Source of the DNA: Naegleria gruberi
Lineage: Eukaryota
DNA length: 64,000 nt
Assembly: GCA_000004985.1 (NCBI GenBank)
Contig: GG738852.1
Direction: 5' to 3' (one strand)
Shown: positions 1 to 9,922 of the stretch, in pieces
Numbering within the stretch: the stretch's first letter is position 1
Layout: each line of letters starts with the position of its first letter
Notes under the pieces: model-generated
The model's input: the letters and a program-made list of their open reading frames with translations, nothing else
What the model was told of the DNA's origin: nothing
Database searches by the model: none
Position numbers and translations under genes: made by a program

Positions 1-23
1 ATTTAAAATTCTAATAATAAAAA

Positions 24-728
24 ATGAGCAAGGCCAATCAAACACAACAGAAGCAGGACAAGGTTAACAATAATAATAACGCAAAGACCAATAAACAAGA
101 ACAAGCAAAATTAAAACAACAACAGCAACAACAACAGAAAAAGAAGAATGTAAAAAAGGTGAAAAAAACCATGGCTAACCCGTATGAATACAAATTCAAA
201 ATTCTGTCATCGGAACAACAGAAAAAGGTCACAAATATGTATGTAATTTAAATTGGTGGAATTTATTGGAATTTTGAAAGAATCAAGGATAATATTAATG
301 AATTGGACATTATTTTAGATGTAAATAGTATTGTGGAGAAATTATCAAAAAATTGCAATGATATTGAAATTTTAATCTTTCCAGATGCACATCATAAACA
401 AATGATGAATATCCAAGTGGATCATATTAAAATTCAGTGTGGATACTCATCAATACCGTTCATTAATTTAGATATGAGTTTGGAGGAATTTTCTGACATT
501 TTCAAGGAGTGCACCCAATTCAATCAAGTGCACAAGAATAACGTCATCAAGGTAATTGGAATAGTGAAAAACTCAAAACTGAGAGAAATGATTGAAAAGG
601 ATAATGAATTTGGACCTGCAATATTGTCAAATGACTTGTATTTTAAAGTTCCAACAATGAATTTTAGATTTATGGATACCATTGTTGAAGATGTCTCTCC
701 AATATATCCTAAAAGGAATAAAGCTTAA
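24..728 (+). CDS. Hypothetical protein, probably two exons (24..238 and 281..728). Exon 1 is Q/K/N-rich.
   Basis: ATG at 24 sits in the A-rich context (taaaaaATG) seen at most starts in this window. A GTATGT donor at 239 and an AAG acceptor ending at 280 join ORF 24..251 in frame to ORF 303..728, which otherwise has no ATG before its TTG. No recognisable domain. Confidence 0.3.
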
Positions 729-1038
729 TTTCATTTCATATCCCTTCAAATTAATTTGAAGTTTACAATGATACTACTTTCTTGTATGAAACTTTTTCAT
801 GGAGGATAACTTTCTTAATTGAAGAAATAGTATTAAACAATTCGGTTTAGTTACTCTCCATCTACTTCAAATAGCACACTTAGCACAAACAGAATATTTT
901 CTTTTTTAATCAACTTGGTCATTTGAAAGAGAGCAACACAAATTCGTAAAACGAACCAAAAAGGACCTTGCCAAGCAAAAAAGCATTTTTCTCTTGATCA
1001 ATTTTTTTTAAGCCACAAAAAATACAACAACAATAACC

Positions 1039-2555
1039 ATGGACAGACAACCAGTAAGTTTTTTTAAAGATTTTCAGTCGGTACATACCAATCAAAATTA
1101 TTTATTAATCAAATACAGATTAGCGAATATCTTCAAAACAACAATCTCCAAAAGTTGGTAGAAGATGCTTTAAATGAATGCTACAATGCTAATGCTTCAG
1201 ATGTTCATTCCTTCCTCGGAAACTTCTTCTTGTCTCGTGGTAAGAAGTCATCTGGTCAAATTGATAAGATTGTTGGTAGAGAAATTTTGGACTCTAGAGG
1301 TAATCCAACTGTTGAAGTTGACGTTTATGTTAATGGTCAAAAGAGACCAATTGCCACTGCTTCTGCTCCATCTGGTGCTTCAACTGGTAGTAATGAAGCC
1401 CACGAACTTCGTGATGGTGATAAGTCAAGATTCCTCGGAAAGGGTGTTTTGAAGGCTGTTAAGAATGTTAATGAAACTCTCTCAAAGGCTGTTGAAGGTA
1501 AATCACTTGATAGTCTTGCTGAAGTTGATCAAGCTTTGATTGATGCTGATGGTGATGAATTGAAGAGCAATTTGGGTGGTAATTCCATTACTGCTGCTTC
1601 ATTTGCTCTTGCTACTGCTGGTGCTGCTGTTAAGAATGAAGAATTATTCTTGTATTTGGCCAATGCTTTCCACAATGGAAAGACTGAAGGTTTAAAGTAT
1701 CATCTTCCAACTCCTATGGTCAATATTTTGAATGGTGGTAAGCACGCTGGTGGTCGTCTTCAAATTCAAGAATTCATGATTTTGCCAAAGGAAAATCAAT
1801 CATTCCGTGAAAAGCTCAGATGTGTTGCTGAAGTTTATCAACATTTGGGTAAGATTCTCGTTGAAGCTGCTGGTCCAAGTGCTAAGAATGTTGGTGACGA
1901 AGGTGGTTTTGCTCCAAACTTGGAAACTGCTGATGAAGCTTTGAACTATATTGAACAAGCCATTGTTAAGGCTGGTTATAAGGTTGGTGAAGACGTCTTT
2001 TTGGCTTTGGATGCTGCTTCAAGCGAATTCTATGATTCTGAAACTAAAAAGTACGAAATTACTCAAGGAAAGGATTATTATACTTCCGAAGAAATGGTTG
2101 AATATTATGCCCAATTAGTCGAAAGACACCCTGCTATCGTTTCTATTGAAGATGGTTTGGAAGAAAAGGACTATGAAGGATGGAAGAAGTTGACCGAAAG
2201 ATTGGGCTCAAAGATCATGTTGGTTGGTGATGACTTGTACACTACTAACACCAGATTGATTAAGCAAGGTATTGAAGAAAAGTGGGCTAACTCTTTGTTG
2301 TTGAAGGTTAACCAAATTGGTTCTATCACTGAAGCTATGAATGCTGCTAGAATGATTTTCAATGTCAACCAAAAGGTCATTGTTTCCCACAGATCTGGTG
2401 AAACTGCCACTAATTTGATTGCTGATTTGGTTGTTGGTATTGGTGCTACTCACATTAAGACTGGTGCTACTGCTAGAGGTGAACGTGTTTCCAAGTACAA
2501 TAGATTGTTGCAAATTGAAGAATACCTCGAACAAAATGGTTTGCTCTCTCAATAA
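1039..2555 (+). CDS. ENO: Enolase (phosphopyruvate hydratase) with a ~50-aa N-terminal DPY-30/RIIa-like extension. Exons 1039..1053 and 1119..2555; 65-nt intron GTAAGT...ACAG.
   Basis: The translation carries canonical enolase blocks (SRGNPTVEVD, SGASTG.NEA, NILNGG.HAG, SHRSGETED-like tail). Codon use is strongly biased (GGT/GCT/TTG/AGA), typical of a highly expressed gene. Without the ATG exon the frame is open from 1068 with no in-frame ATG. Exon 1 (MDRQP) splices in phase 0 to ISEYLQ... Confidence 0.9.
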
Positions 2556-2671
2556 TTTTCTTTTCTAATTAAATAAAACAATTGTAAAATTAATGTAATT
2601 TATCTAATGTTTAAACTGATCATTTCTACGGTTCGTAATTGCTTTCTTAATATTTGATTGTGTCTTGTGAC

Positions 2672-3382
2672 ATGAGCGCCATTAAGATTGGCGCCAAAAC
2701 CAATTTTAAAAAAAGTACAGAAAAAAACCACCATCAAATAAGCAACATGAATAATAGTAACAAACAATCTTCATCAACGGAAAGACAATTTAATCAAGTA
2801 ACTCTTCAAAATAGTAGAGATCAGAGAAAAGCAGAACGGGATAAACATTCTCTAGAAAGAGGACGACTTGCAAATAGGAAAGAGGGTTTTCAAAGACACT
2901 CACCCTCAACAAATCCTCTCGAAATGATGGAATCAGCAGTTGGTTTTGTTTCTGATGCTAAACGATTTCACGGAGATAGTGCAGGAGAGGAGAAGGCAAA
3001 GAGGGATATGGAAGTAAATCGAGTCAAGAATATTACTGAGAGAAAGAGAAATGAATTTACTCAGAGAGAGCAGGAACGTCTTGAAAAGAGAAAGGAGGAA
3101 TTTGAAAAACAACAAAAGACATTCGAGAATAGGGTTGGAACTGAAAAGAAGAATCAAGGATTGGCAGGTTATAATATCATTACAAAACAACCCTTAGATG
3201 CTGAACACCGAAAATTACAAACCTATGAAGATCAAATGAGACAATATAGAGGAGCTGTCAGAGCAGATTTACTGTACCAGAGAGGATCAAGTACAGGTTG
3301 TAATCCAATCACTGGTGATCCTCTTCCTCAAAGAGTTAACATTCCTCAAAAGCCATCATTTGATTCAAATAAATTTTATTGA
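2672..3382 (+). CDS. Hypothetical charged, coiled-coil-prone protein (K/E/R-rich; many ERK/EKR repeats).
   Basis: Long ORF from the first ATG at 2672 (the ORF track starts at TTG 2654). Low-complexity charged composition; no family recognised. Confidence 0.35.
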   Translation: MSAIKIGAKTNFKKSTEKNHHQISNMNNSNKQSSSTERQFNQVTLQNSRDQRKAERDKHSLERGRLANRKEGFQRHSPSTNPLEMMESAVGFVSDAKRFHGDSAGEEKAKRDMEVNRVKNITERKRNEFTQREQERLEKRKEEFEKQQKTFENRVGTEKKNQGLAGYNIITKQPLDAEHRKLQTYEDQMRQYRGAVRADLLYQRGSSTGCNPITGDPLPQRVNIPQKPSFDSNKFY

Positions 3383-3490
3383 AATAATAATGAGAATTTC
3401 AAATCACACAAATTGTTTCTATAATATATTATGAATTTATTATAAAAGGGATTGAAAATAGATAATAATACTAAAAATAATATTAAAAAA

Positions 3491-4036
3491 ATGTTAAAAA
3501 AACTCTTTCCTTCAAAAATTGCTAACAATGATCGTATCGGATTTGGGTACTTTTATGATAGATATTATACCAATGCTAAAAGACCTGGCATGAAAATCTT
3601 CCTCTTCTATGCAGCATTTATTGTATGCAATTATTATCCATGTAAATTCATCTACCGATATATTTATGAGCACCCGTACTGGGAGAAGAGACAAATTGAA
3701 AAGGATAAACAAAAGGAAATTAGACAAGCCATACTCATGTCTTCAAGTAGAGACAGAAGAGAGGATTTACGTGATTTTTACAAAGAGTATTACCTCACAC
3801 AATTATTAATTAATTCTTCCGATAATCATACTTCTCAATCACCATCCAAACATTCCGAATCACCTTCATCCAACAACTCTACTTCCCAACAACATGACAT
3901 CATTAGCAAGGAAAATGATGATGCCTTGCTTCAAATTATCAAGACATGGAATGTAATTGGAGAGGAAGAGTCAAATCTAATTAGTAGAATTATCAGAACA
4001 AATGAAGTTCTCCAGCTATTTCCAAACAGAAAATGA
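3491..4036 (+). CDS. Hypothetical small membrane protein with an S-rich C-terminus.
   Basis: ATG at 3491 in an AAAAAAATG context. Hydrophobic segment FLFYAAFIVCNYY. No recognised domain. Confidence 0.3.
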   Translation: MLKKLFPSKIANNDRIGFGYFYDRYYTNAKRPGMKIFLFYAAFIVCNYYPCKFIYRYIYEHPYWEKRQIEKDKQKEIRQAILMSSSRDRREDLRDFYKEYYLTQLLINSSDNHTSQSPSKHSESPSSNNSTSQQHDIISKENDDALLQIIKTWNVIGEEESNLISRIIRTNEVLQLFPNRK

Positions 4037-4365
4037 GCTTCATGGCTAATTAGAAAGTATCCATGCTCAATATTTCCCTTTTTGTAGAAAATACAACGAG
4101 TAAGCAACTGAAAAATTTCACCTATTGCAGATTATTGCAGAATGGGATTGAAGCAGAAAAGCCTTTGGCAAATTGATTTTGGCATTTTTCTCTTGCCCAA
4201 AAAAATTCTAATTTTGATTTGTGACTGGAAAGGGTTTGGTACAGTATCATTTTTAGACAAGTTGCATTACTGTGGGATGCACAAAACATCAAATGAAAAT
4301 TATCAATAAAAATTGCCCTAATTGACAGTTGGCATTTGCTTCAAGTACTGCGCAATACTTCAATC

Positions 4366-5520
4366 ATGCAACAAAATAATGGCCAGAAGCAACAAGAAAC
4401 TGTTTTACCAAGTTTTCATTCATTGATATCAACATTGGGTGTTTCAAATGATTCAACTTTACCTTCCATCAACATCAACACAAGTACTTGGGATAGACAA
4501 CAACCATCAACGAGTTGCATTAATCCATCTCTTCCCTCATTACAGTCATCGTTAGAACAAACTACCTTAGAATGTAATTATAATAATGGCAATATTGGAA
4601 CATGTATAATAGATTCACCTTCAGTGAGTTTTCCAACATGTCCATTCAATTATCATTCCACTCAAGATTCTCAATTGTCTTCGCCTTTTCCACCTCACTA
4701 CTGCCACAATCCATTTACCCCATTGTACAATTCCTCTCATAACCAAACACAATATCAACATGTTACACCAATCATTTCAGCAACCTCGTTATTGCTCTCT
4801 CCAACATCACCTCCTCAACAACAATACCTCACCACTCAAAACAACACACTCCTTTCATCACCTTCAAACATGAATCAACAACCACAGCTTAACAATAGTC
4901 CTATAAGGAGTAGGCGAAGAAATAATTCACCTCCAATAACACCTAATACAGATGCGCTCATTGAATCACAACAGAATAAGAAGGAAAAGAAAAAGCAAAT
5001 CAAGTTTATGCCAAATAACAATTTCAAATCATTGAATTCATCCTCTCAACCTCAGCTACCAAGACCTCCTTCAGTTGATGCTGATGATGTAGAGGTAACC
5101 AATGTAACATTCTCTATGGAAAAGCAATCCCAACCTAAAAAGAAACGAAAGGGAATTTTTCAATCAAAAAACTCGAAACTTTCTCCCATTGTAAATCAAT
5201 CAGAAAGTACTAACGATTCAGATTACAGTTCAACAGGATCTTATCCCTTTCAGAATGGTACTACCAATGGTCCATCAATCTCAACAGATAATTCCTCACA
5301 AAATGTTTCAAATCCAACACAGTCCAACAATATAATGAATAGTGGACTGTTTATGGAATTTATTGGAACTTCCACAAAGAAGAGAAAACAATATCGAGAT
5401 ATTATCAATTACAAGGATGAATTCTTTACAGATTCTTACTCAGCTGAGAAGAGATTAAGAGAATCAAGCACAAAATATCGATCCAAGCAACCACTCAATC
5501 CTAACAATAAAGAAAAGTAA
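4366..5520 (+). CDS. Low-complexity S/T/Q/N/P-rich nuclear-type protein with basic clusters (KKEKKKQIKF, KKKRKG).
   Basis: 385-aa uninterrupted ORF with biased composition and putative NLS-like basic patches. No conserved domain seen. Confidence 0.35.
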   Translation: MQQNNGQKQQETVLPSFHSLISTLGVSNDSTLPSININTSTWDRQQPSTSCINPSLPSLQSSLEQTTLECNYNNGNIGTCIIDSPSVSFPTCPFNYHSTQDSQLSSPFPPHYCHNPFTPLYNSSHNQTQYQHVTPIISATSLLLSPTSPPQQQYLTTQNNTLLSSPSNMNQQPQLNNSPIRSRRRNNSPPITPNTDALIESQQNKKEKKKQIKFMPNNNFKSLNSSSQPQLPRPPSVDADDVEVTNVTFSMEKQSQPKKKRKGIFQSKNSKLSPIVNQSESTNDSDYSSTGSYPFQNGTTNGPSISTDNSSQNVSNPTQSNNIMNSGLFMEFIGTSTKKRKQYRDIINYKDEFFTDSYSAEKRLRESSTKYRSKQPLNPNNKEK

Positions 5521-5683
5521 CACTTTGTTTTTTGTGAAACAACAATCAGAGCTCTACTTCAAAGTTCAATATTGATAGGGAATTGTAAACACCAGTGCGA
5601 CGCTTATTTATTCAAAGTACGCACGCACCACCTGGACATTAAATTGCTTAACATCTTTCTAGGAATAAACACAATCAAAAAAA

Positions 5684-6139
5684 ATGTCTCTCGTTGAAAA
5701 GTATCCACTCGTTCTCTCTGCCTCTGCTGTTAATCTTTTGTATTATATTTATACTGCCTTGAGAGTTGGTAATGCTAGAATCAAGTATGGTGTTAAAGCT
5801 CCTGCTGTTACCGGTATGTAGAGTTTGATATTTTGATTATTAATTTTGATCGGAATTAAATTTAGGTCATTTGGAATTTGAAAATGCTTATAGAGTTCAA
5901 ATGGTCTTGAATATTTGCCAGTTACCATGTCATCTTTGTGGATTGCTGCTTTGACCTCTCAAAATGATGCCTTGGTTGGTGGATTGGGATTGACCTATGC
6001 TGTTGGAAGAGTTTTGTATGGTATTGGATATCCAGCTAAGAGATCTGCTGGATTTGGAATCTTCTTTTTGTCTCTTGTTGGCTTGTTAGGTATTACCAGT
6101 TATCATGCTTTTGGTGGTGTTTTGAAGAAGTATTTGTAA
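5684..6139 (+). CDS. MGST3: MAPEG-family microsomal glutathione S-transferase 3-like protein. Exon 1 is 5684..5813, then a 52-nt intron (GTATGT...TTTAG), exon 2 from 5866. An apparent 1-nt frameshift sits in an A-run near 5898-5902.
   Basis: The two-exon conceptual protein (...KYGVKAPAVTG | HLEFENAYRVQ[fs]NGLEYLPVTMSSLW...GLGLTYAVGRVLYGIGY...) shows MGST3-like signatures around the frameshift (an R(V/A)(H)QN(G/T)LE(Y)(L)P segment) and downstream (GLGL and GRVLY(A/G)(I/Y)GY segments). Reading through needs one extra A at caaa(a)tgg. This is either an assembly indel or a real disruption. Confidence 0.6.
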
Positions 6140-6432
6140 ACTTTCAAATTTAATTAAACTTGATTTTTTTAATTCAAAAGAATATTGAAATTATTCACAG
6201 CTATATCATTTGAAATCTCTGTAATTCACAGTTTTCATCTGATCTCTTCTTGTGAAGTTTGAATGCATTTGAAGAAAGGATGTACTAATTCATCACCTTA
6301 TTTGCCAAATTTCAAAAATCCATTCCGTTGGACATTGGGTGTCGGTAATCTTTAAAGCGTGCGTTCTAATTTTCTCACCTCATTAAAGAGGTCAGCGTAT
6401 CCAACCAATCCTCAAATAACAAATTCAAAAAA

Positions 6433-7296
6433 ATGAGTCAACATCAAGAAGCATACATTTGTGGAGAAGATTCTTGTCAAAGAACGACCACAACCAGCAG
6501 CAGCACATCAACAACCAATTCTGTAAATAATGAATCATCATCTGTTTTAAATGTAGAAATCATTTCGGATATTGCTTGTCCATTCTGTTTCCTTGGTAAA
6601 TTGCAATTGGAAAAAGCATTGGAACAATTAAATATTAAACCAATTGGATCCGATTCATCATCCGATTTAAAATATACCATTTATTGGAAACCATTCTTGT
6701 TGAATCCAAATGTACCAGCTGGAGGAATGTCACGTGATCAATTTTTCAAAATGAAATTTGGAATGAATTTGAGTGAAGATATGAAAAATGATCCAAAATT
6801 ATTACTCAAATCCATGCCAATGCTCAACCATATTGAAAATAGTGGATTGGAATTGGGAATTAAAACAATGAATGTTGCCAATATGAAAGTACCAATCAGT
6901 AATACATTAAATGGACACAGATTGATTCGATATGTTGAACAATTATATCCACATCAAACTTCTGATATGCAAAATAAGGTAGCTGATAGAGTTTTTAGAG
7001 CTTATTTTGAGGAAGGAAGGGATGTCTCTCAAGTTTCAGTTATGAATGATATTGTTAAGGATTTGAAATTACAAGATCAAATTTCTGAAACCTTCTTTTT
7101 GGAGGATGTTCATTCAGTCTCTGCCTACACAGATGAACAATTAAAAGCTGTCAAGGAAGAAGCCAAAAAAACACAACGTGTCACAAGTGGAGTTCCTTAT
7201 TTCACATTTACCCATGCTGGAAAAAAGACTTCAACTTCTGGAGCTATTGGTATTCAATCATTTGTTAAATTACTCAAAGCTTTCATCTCTAAATAA
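6433..7296 (+). CDS. DsbA/FrnE-like thioredoxin-fold oxidoreductase (the DSBA-like family that also contains kappa-GST).
   Basis: VEIISDIACPFCFLG has a CxxC motif in the position typical of DsbA-like proteins, and a C-terminal GVPYFTF resembles the cis-Pro loop region. ATG in an A-rich context (aaaaaaATGagt). Confidence 0.55.
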   Translation: MSQHQEAYICGEDSCQRTTTTSSSTSTTNSVNNESSSVLNVEIISDIACPFCFLGKLQLEKALEQLNIKPIGSDSSSDLKYTIYWKPFLLNPNVPAGGMSRDQFFKMKFGMNLSEDMKNDPKLLLKSMPMLNHIENSGLELGIKTMNVANMKVPISNTLNGHRLIRYVEQLYPHQTSDMQNKVADRVFRAYFEEGRDVSQVSVMNDIVKDLKLQDQISETFFLEDVHSVSAYTDEQLKAVKEEAKKTQRVTSGVPYFTFTHAGKKTSTSGAIGIQSFVKLLKAFISK

Positions 7297-7364
7297 ACCT
7301 ATAACGTTGTAAAAACACAAAAACTCTTTCTCAGTAAACTTCCAACTTGTTTTCAATTTCAGAA

Positions 7365-9089
7365 ATGATTCTGTCAAACATTTCGTTTACAAGTTCTAAA
7401 AAAATGTCATCACACCAATATAAACCATTCAAAAGTAAACTTGTAGAGGAGTACTCGTCGGAAGATTTCCAATCATCGTCTTTTAATGATGTTGGTATGG
7501 AATCAGGTACTCTCTTTCGTTATTTATGTTCATTAGCACATCGATCTCTCGGACTTGATACCATCCACAATTTGATGAAGAAGGGAGAGGATGAATTTCA
7601 TCTGTGGGAACATTGTGATTTAAATGATAGTTTTGATTCTCTGGTGTATGGTGCTTGTGATAGATTAATTAGTGTTCAATGCAGATTCAGAGATCAAGAT
7701 GTCGATTCAACTTATTATTTTCATCCGTTAGTAATTTGGCAAAGATGGCCAATGTTACTTGGATATGCACTCAATTCAGAATTGAAAGGAGAAATTAAAA
7801 GAGAGGAACTGGCTATTGTCACTGAAAATGATTTATTCCTTGCTACTTTAAATACAAACAAGCAAATTGAAAAGTATTTTGGAAGTATTAATGATAAAGT
7901 ATTGGATCAATTGGAATTTAGAAATCAAATTAGACAATTGAAACTTGAAATTGCAAAAGCAAAGAGTAATATTGAACAACATTCCTCAATATTTGTAAAG
8001 CATGAAAAGAAGATTCAAAATCTTCATGAATGTTTGAAACAATTTGATGAAACAGGTTTAAAATCTCTCCTTCTTCCAACAAGTCAATTGTGGAATATTC
8101 ATTTAGGAAATATTGATTTTCACAAACAAGCTTTCGATGAGATTGTCTTTTATTTATATACTTCAAAATTTGTTAATTTAGATAATGATCCAACTGAGAG
8201 CACACTCCTTCCACCTGTTAGATCATTAGAAGATTTAATATTAGGAAAGGATAAGGAATATTTCCAAGAAATATTAACCCTGTTGAACTCTCTTGGTATT
8301 CAACCAATCAATTCCCTTCTATATAAGGATTCAGCCTCTCTCAATAATTTTGAAAGTGAGAGTGAAATTAGAAAGGCAAAAATCTATGACACTCTCTTTG
8401 GAATGCTAAAGGAACAATTAGCTGATGGAATTTTCTTCACAACAACTCAACCACCAAATAATCCCTTGGAAACTCTCAAAAAATTTATGTGCAATTTAAT
8501 TATTGAGCAACAACCTCCAGAAGCTACTGATGATCATGTCGATGAATTTACTGAATTGCCAGAACACTCAGAGGAGCAAATTTTTGGACACAAATCATTC
8601 TTAATGAAACACTGTCCATTCATTGATGTTTTAATTAATAGTGATTTTCAAGAGGCATTCCAAATTAGAGAAACTGAATCAAAGAATGAAATACCGGTCA
8701 TACATGTAGAATGCTCCAACTTTCAAATATTGACAGATATTATTCGATACATTTATAGTAATAGAATTTCAATTAACAAGAGTAATGTATTTGAACTCTT
8801 GTTACTCTCTCAAAAATTAGGACTTGATGATTTAACTGAACTATGTGAAAAATCAGTTCCTGAGATGGATTTCTTTGATTTTGAATTGGTTCAAGTCATT
8901 TCCCTCACCATTTCACTTTCTCTTCCACATTTGAAAAATATTTTCGAGCAAAAGCTATTCTCACAATTAAAGACAATGATAAAAGGAAGATTAATGGGAT
9001 CTGATGAAGCTCAAGTAATTCTGGAACAATGTGGATATTCATTTGAAGAGGTCAATGACTTGCTGGTACAATTAATTTGGGCAGATTAA
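7365..9089 (+). CDS. BTB/POZ domain-containing protein.
   Basis: A C-terminal segment (IPVIHVECSNFQILTDIIRYIYSNRISINKSNVFELLLLSQKLGLDDLTELCEK) matches the BTB fold pattern. First ATG at 7365; the ORF track starts at TTG 7347. Confidence 0.4.
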   Translation: MILSNISFTSSKKMSSHQYKPFKSKLVEEYSSEDFQSSSFNDVGMESGTLFRYLCSLAHRSLGLDTIHNLMKKGEDEFHLWEHCDLNDSFDSLVYGACDRLISVQCRFRDQDVDSTYYFHPLVIWQRWPMLLGYALNSELKGEIKREELAIVTENDLFLATLNTNKQIEKYFGSINDKVLDQLEFRNQIRQLKLEIAKAKSNIEQHSSIFVKHEKKIQNLHECLKQFDETGLKSLLLPTSQLWNIHLGNIDFHKQAFDEIVFYLYTSKFVNLDNDPTESTLLPPVRSLEDLILGKDKEYFQEILTLLNSLGIQPINSLLYKDSASLNNFESESEIRKAKIYDTLFGMLKEQLADGIFFTTTQPPNNPLETLKKFMCNLIIEQQPPEATDDHVDEFTELPEHSEEQIFGHKSFLMKHCPFIDVLINSDFQEAFQIRETESKNEIPVIHVECSNFQILTDIIRYIYSNRISINKSNVFELLLLSQKLGLDDLTELCEKSVPEMDFFDFELVQVISLTISLSLPHLKNIFEQKLFSQLKTMIKGRLMGSDEAQVILEQCGYSFEEVNDLLVQLIWAD

Positions 9090-9329
9090 AATTTGAGATT
9101 TGACATAAAAACGTACTGTGGCCACACACAGTAAAATAATTATCATTTTCATTCATTTATTAAATAACTTGGTTGATTTATTTGTAAATAATTCTTCGGA
9201 AGCAAAATTTCCGAAAAGTAAGAAACTTAAAAATAAATTTAAAAAAAAATTGATCAAAAGAACAGGAATCAATCTTCGAGGTCACCTGCACTACTACATC
9301 ATCGGAATCACCAGATTTTTTAGATCATC

Positions 9330-9881
9330 ATGAGCAGCAACGAAATTCCAGATAGCAATGAAGAAAAGATTAATTTTGCTAAAAAATTAAAGGAAGAAGG
9401 AAATGAACATTTCAAGAAGGGCGAATATTTGAAGGCCATCAAACAATACAAGACAATCTTTCTCTATGTAACTGGACTTGATTCGAATTTAATGTCTGTT
9501 ATGGGCGGAAACATGATGAAGGGAGCCTCTTCTGGTCAAAGTCTCTCAGAAACTGAGCAACTCCAAGTTCTTGCCAGTTTGAACCTTTCACAATGCTATT
9601 TGAAATTGAACAAATATGAACAAGCTCTTGATTATGCTCAAAGAGCCTTGAAATTGGAACCATCAAATACTAAAGGTCATTTACGTAAAGCTTTAGCCCA
9701 TGTTGGACTTGGAGATATTGACAATAGTGAAAGAGAATTGGAATTGGTTTCAAAAGAAATTCCAAATGACCCACTTGTCAAACAAGCTTACTCAAAATTG
9801 GAAGAATTGAAGAAACAATACAAGGTCAAGGAAAAGAAAATGATGATGGGAATGTTTGGAAAGGGATTAAGTGATCAATAA
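9330..9881 (+). CDS. Small TPR-repeat protein (TTC9/FKBP-C-terminal-like).
   Basis: 183-aa ORF with TPR-like helices (EEGNEHFKKGEYLKAIKQY...LNLSQCYLKLNKYEQALDYAQRALKLEP). Clear ATG at 9330. Confidence 0.55.
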   Translation: MSSNEIPDSNEEKINFAKKLKEEGNEHFKKGEYLKAIKQYKTIFLYVTGLDSNLMSVMGGNMMKGASSGQSLSETEQLQVLASLNLSQCYLKLNKYEQALDYAQRALKLEPSNTKGHLRKALAHVGLGDIDNSERELELVSKEIPNDPLVKQAYSKLEELKKQYKVKEKKMMMGMFGKGLSDQ

Positions 9882-9922
9882 TGTAAATAACATTGTAAAT
9901 ATATTTTCAAAATTAGAACATT

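Noticed and set aside
1174-1452. Many 60-180-aa ORFs nested inside or antisense to large genes (e.g. 1174..1452, 2208..2552, 11298..11663, 15732..16280, 15817..16101, 23747..24070, 50091..50598, 53696..54186, 62101..62775).
   Set aside because: They are composition-driven (poly-Q/N/V/L readings of low-complexity coding DNA) or lie antisense to strongly conserved genes. They have no start context and no homology.
9118-9333. Small ORF upstream of and overlapping the TPR gene.
   Set aside because: It starts at GTG. It has an AT-rich, low-complexity translation and no A-rich ATG. It is most likely the 5' UTR and promoter of the TPR gene.
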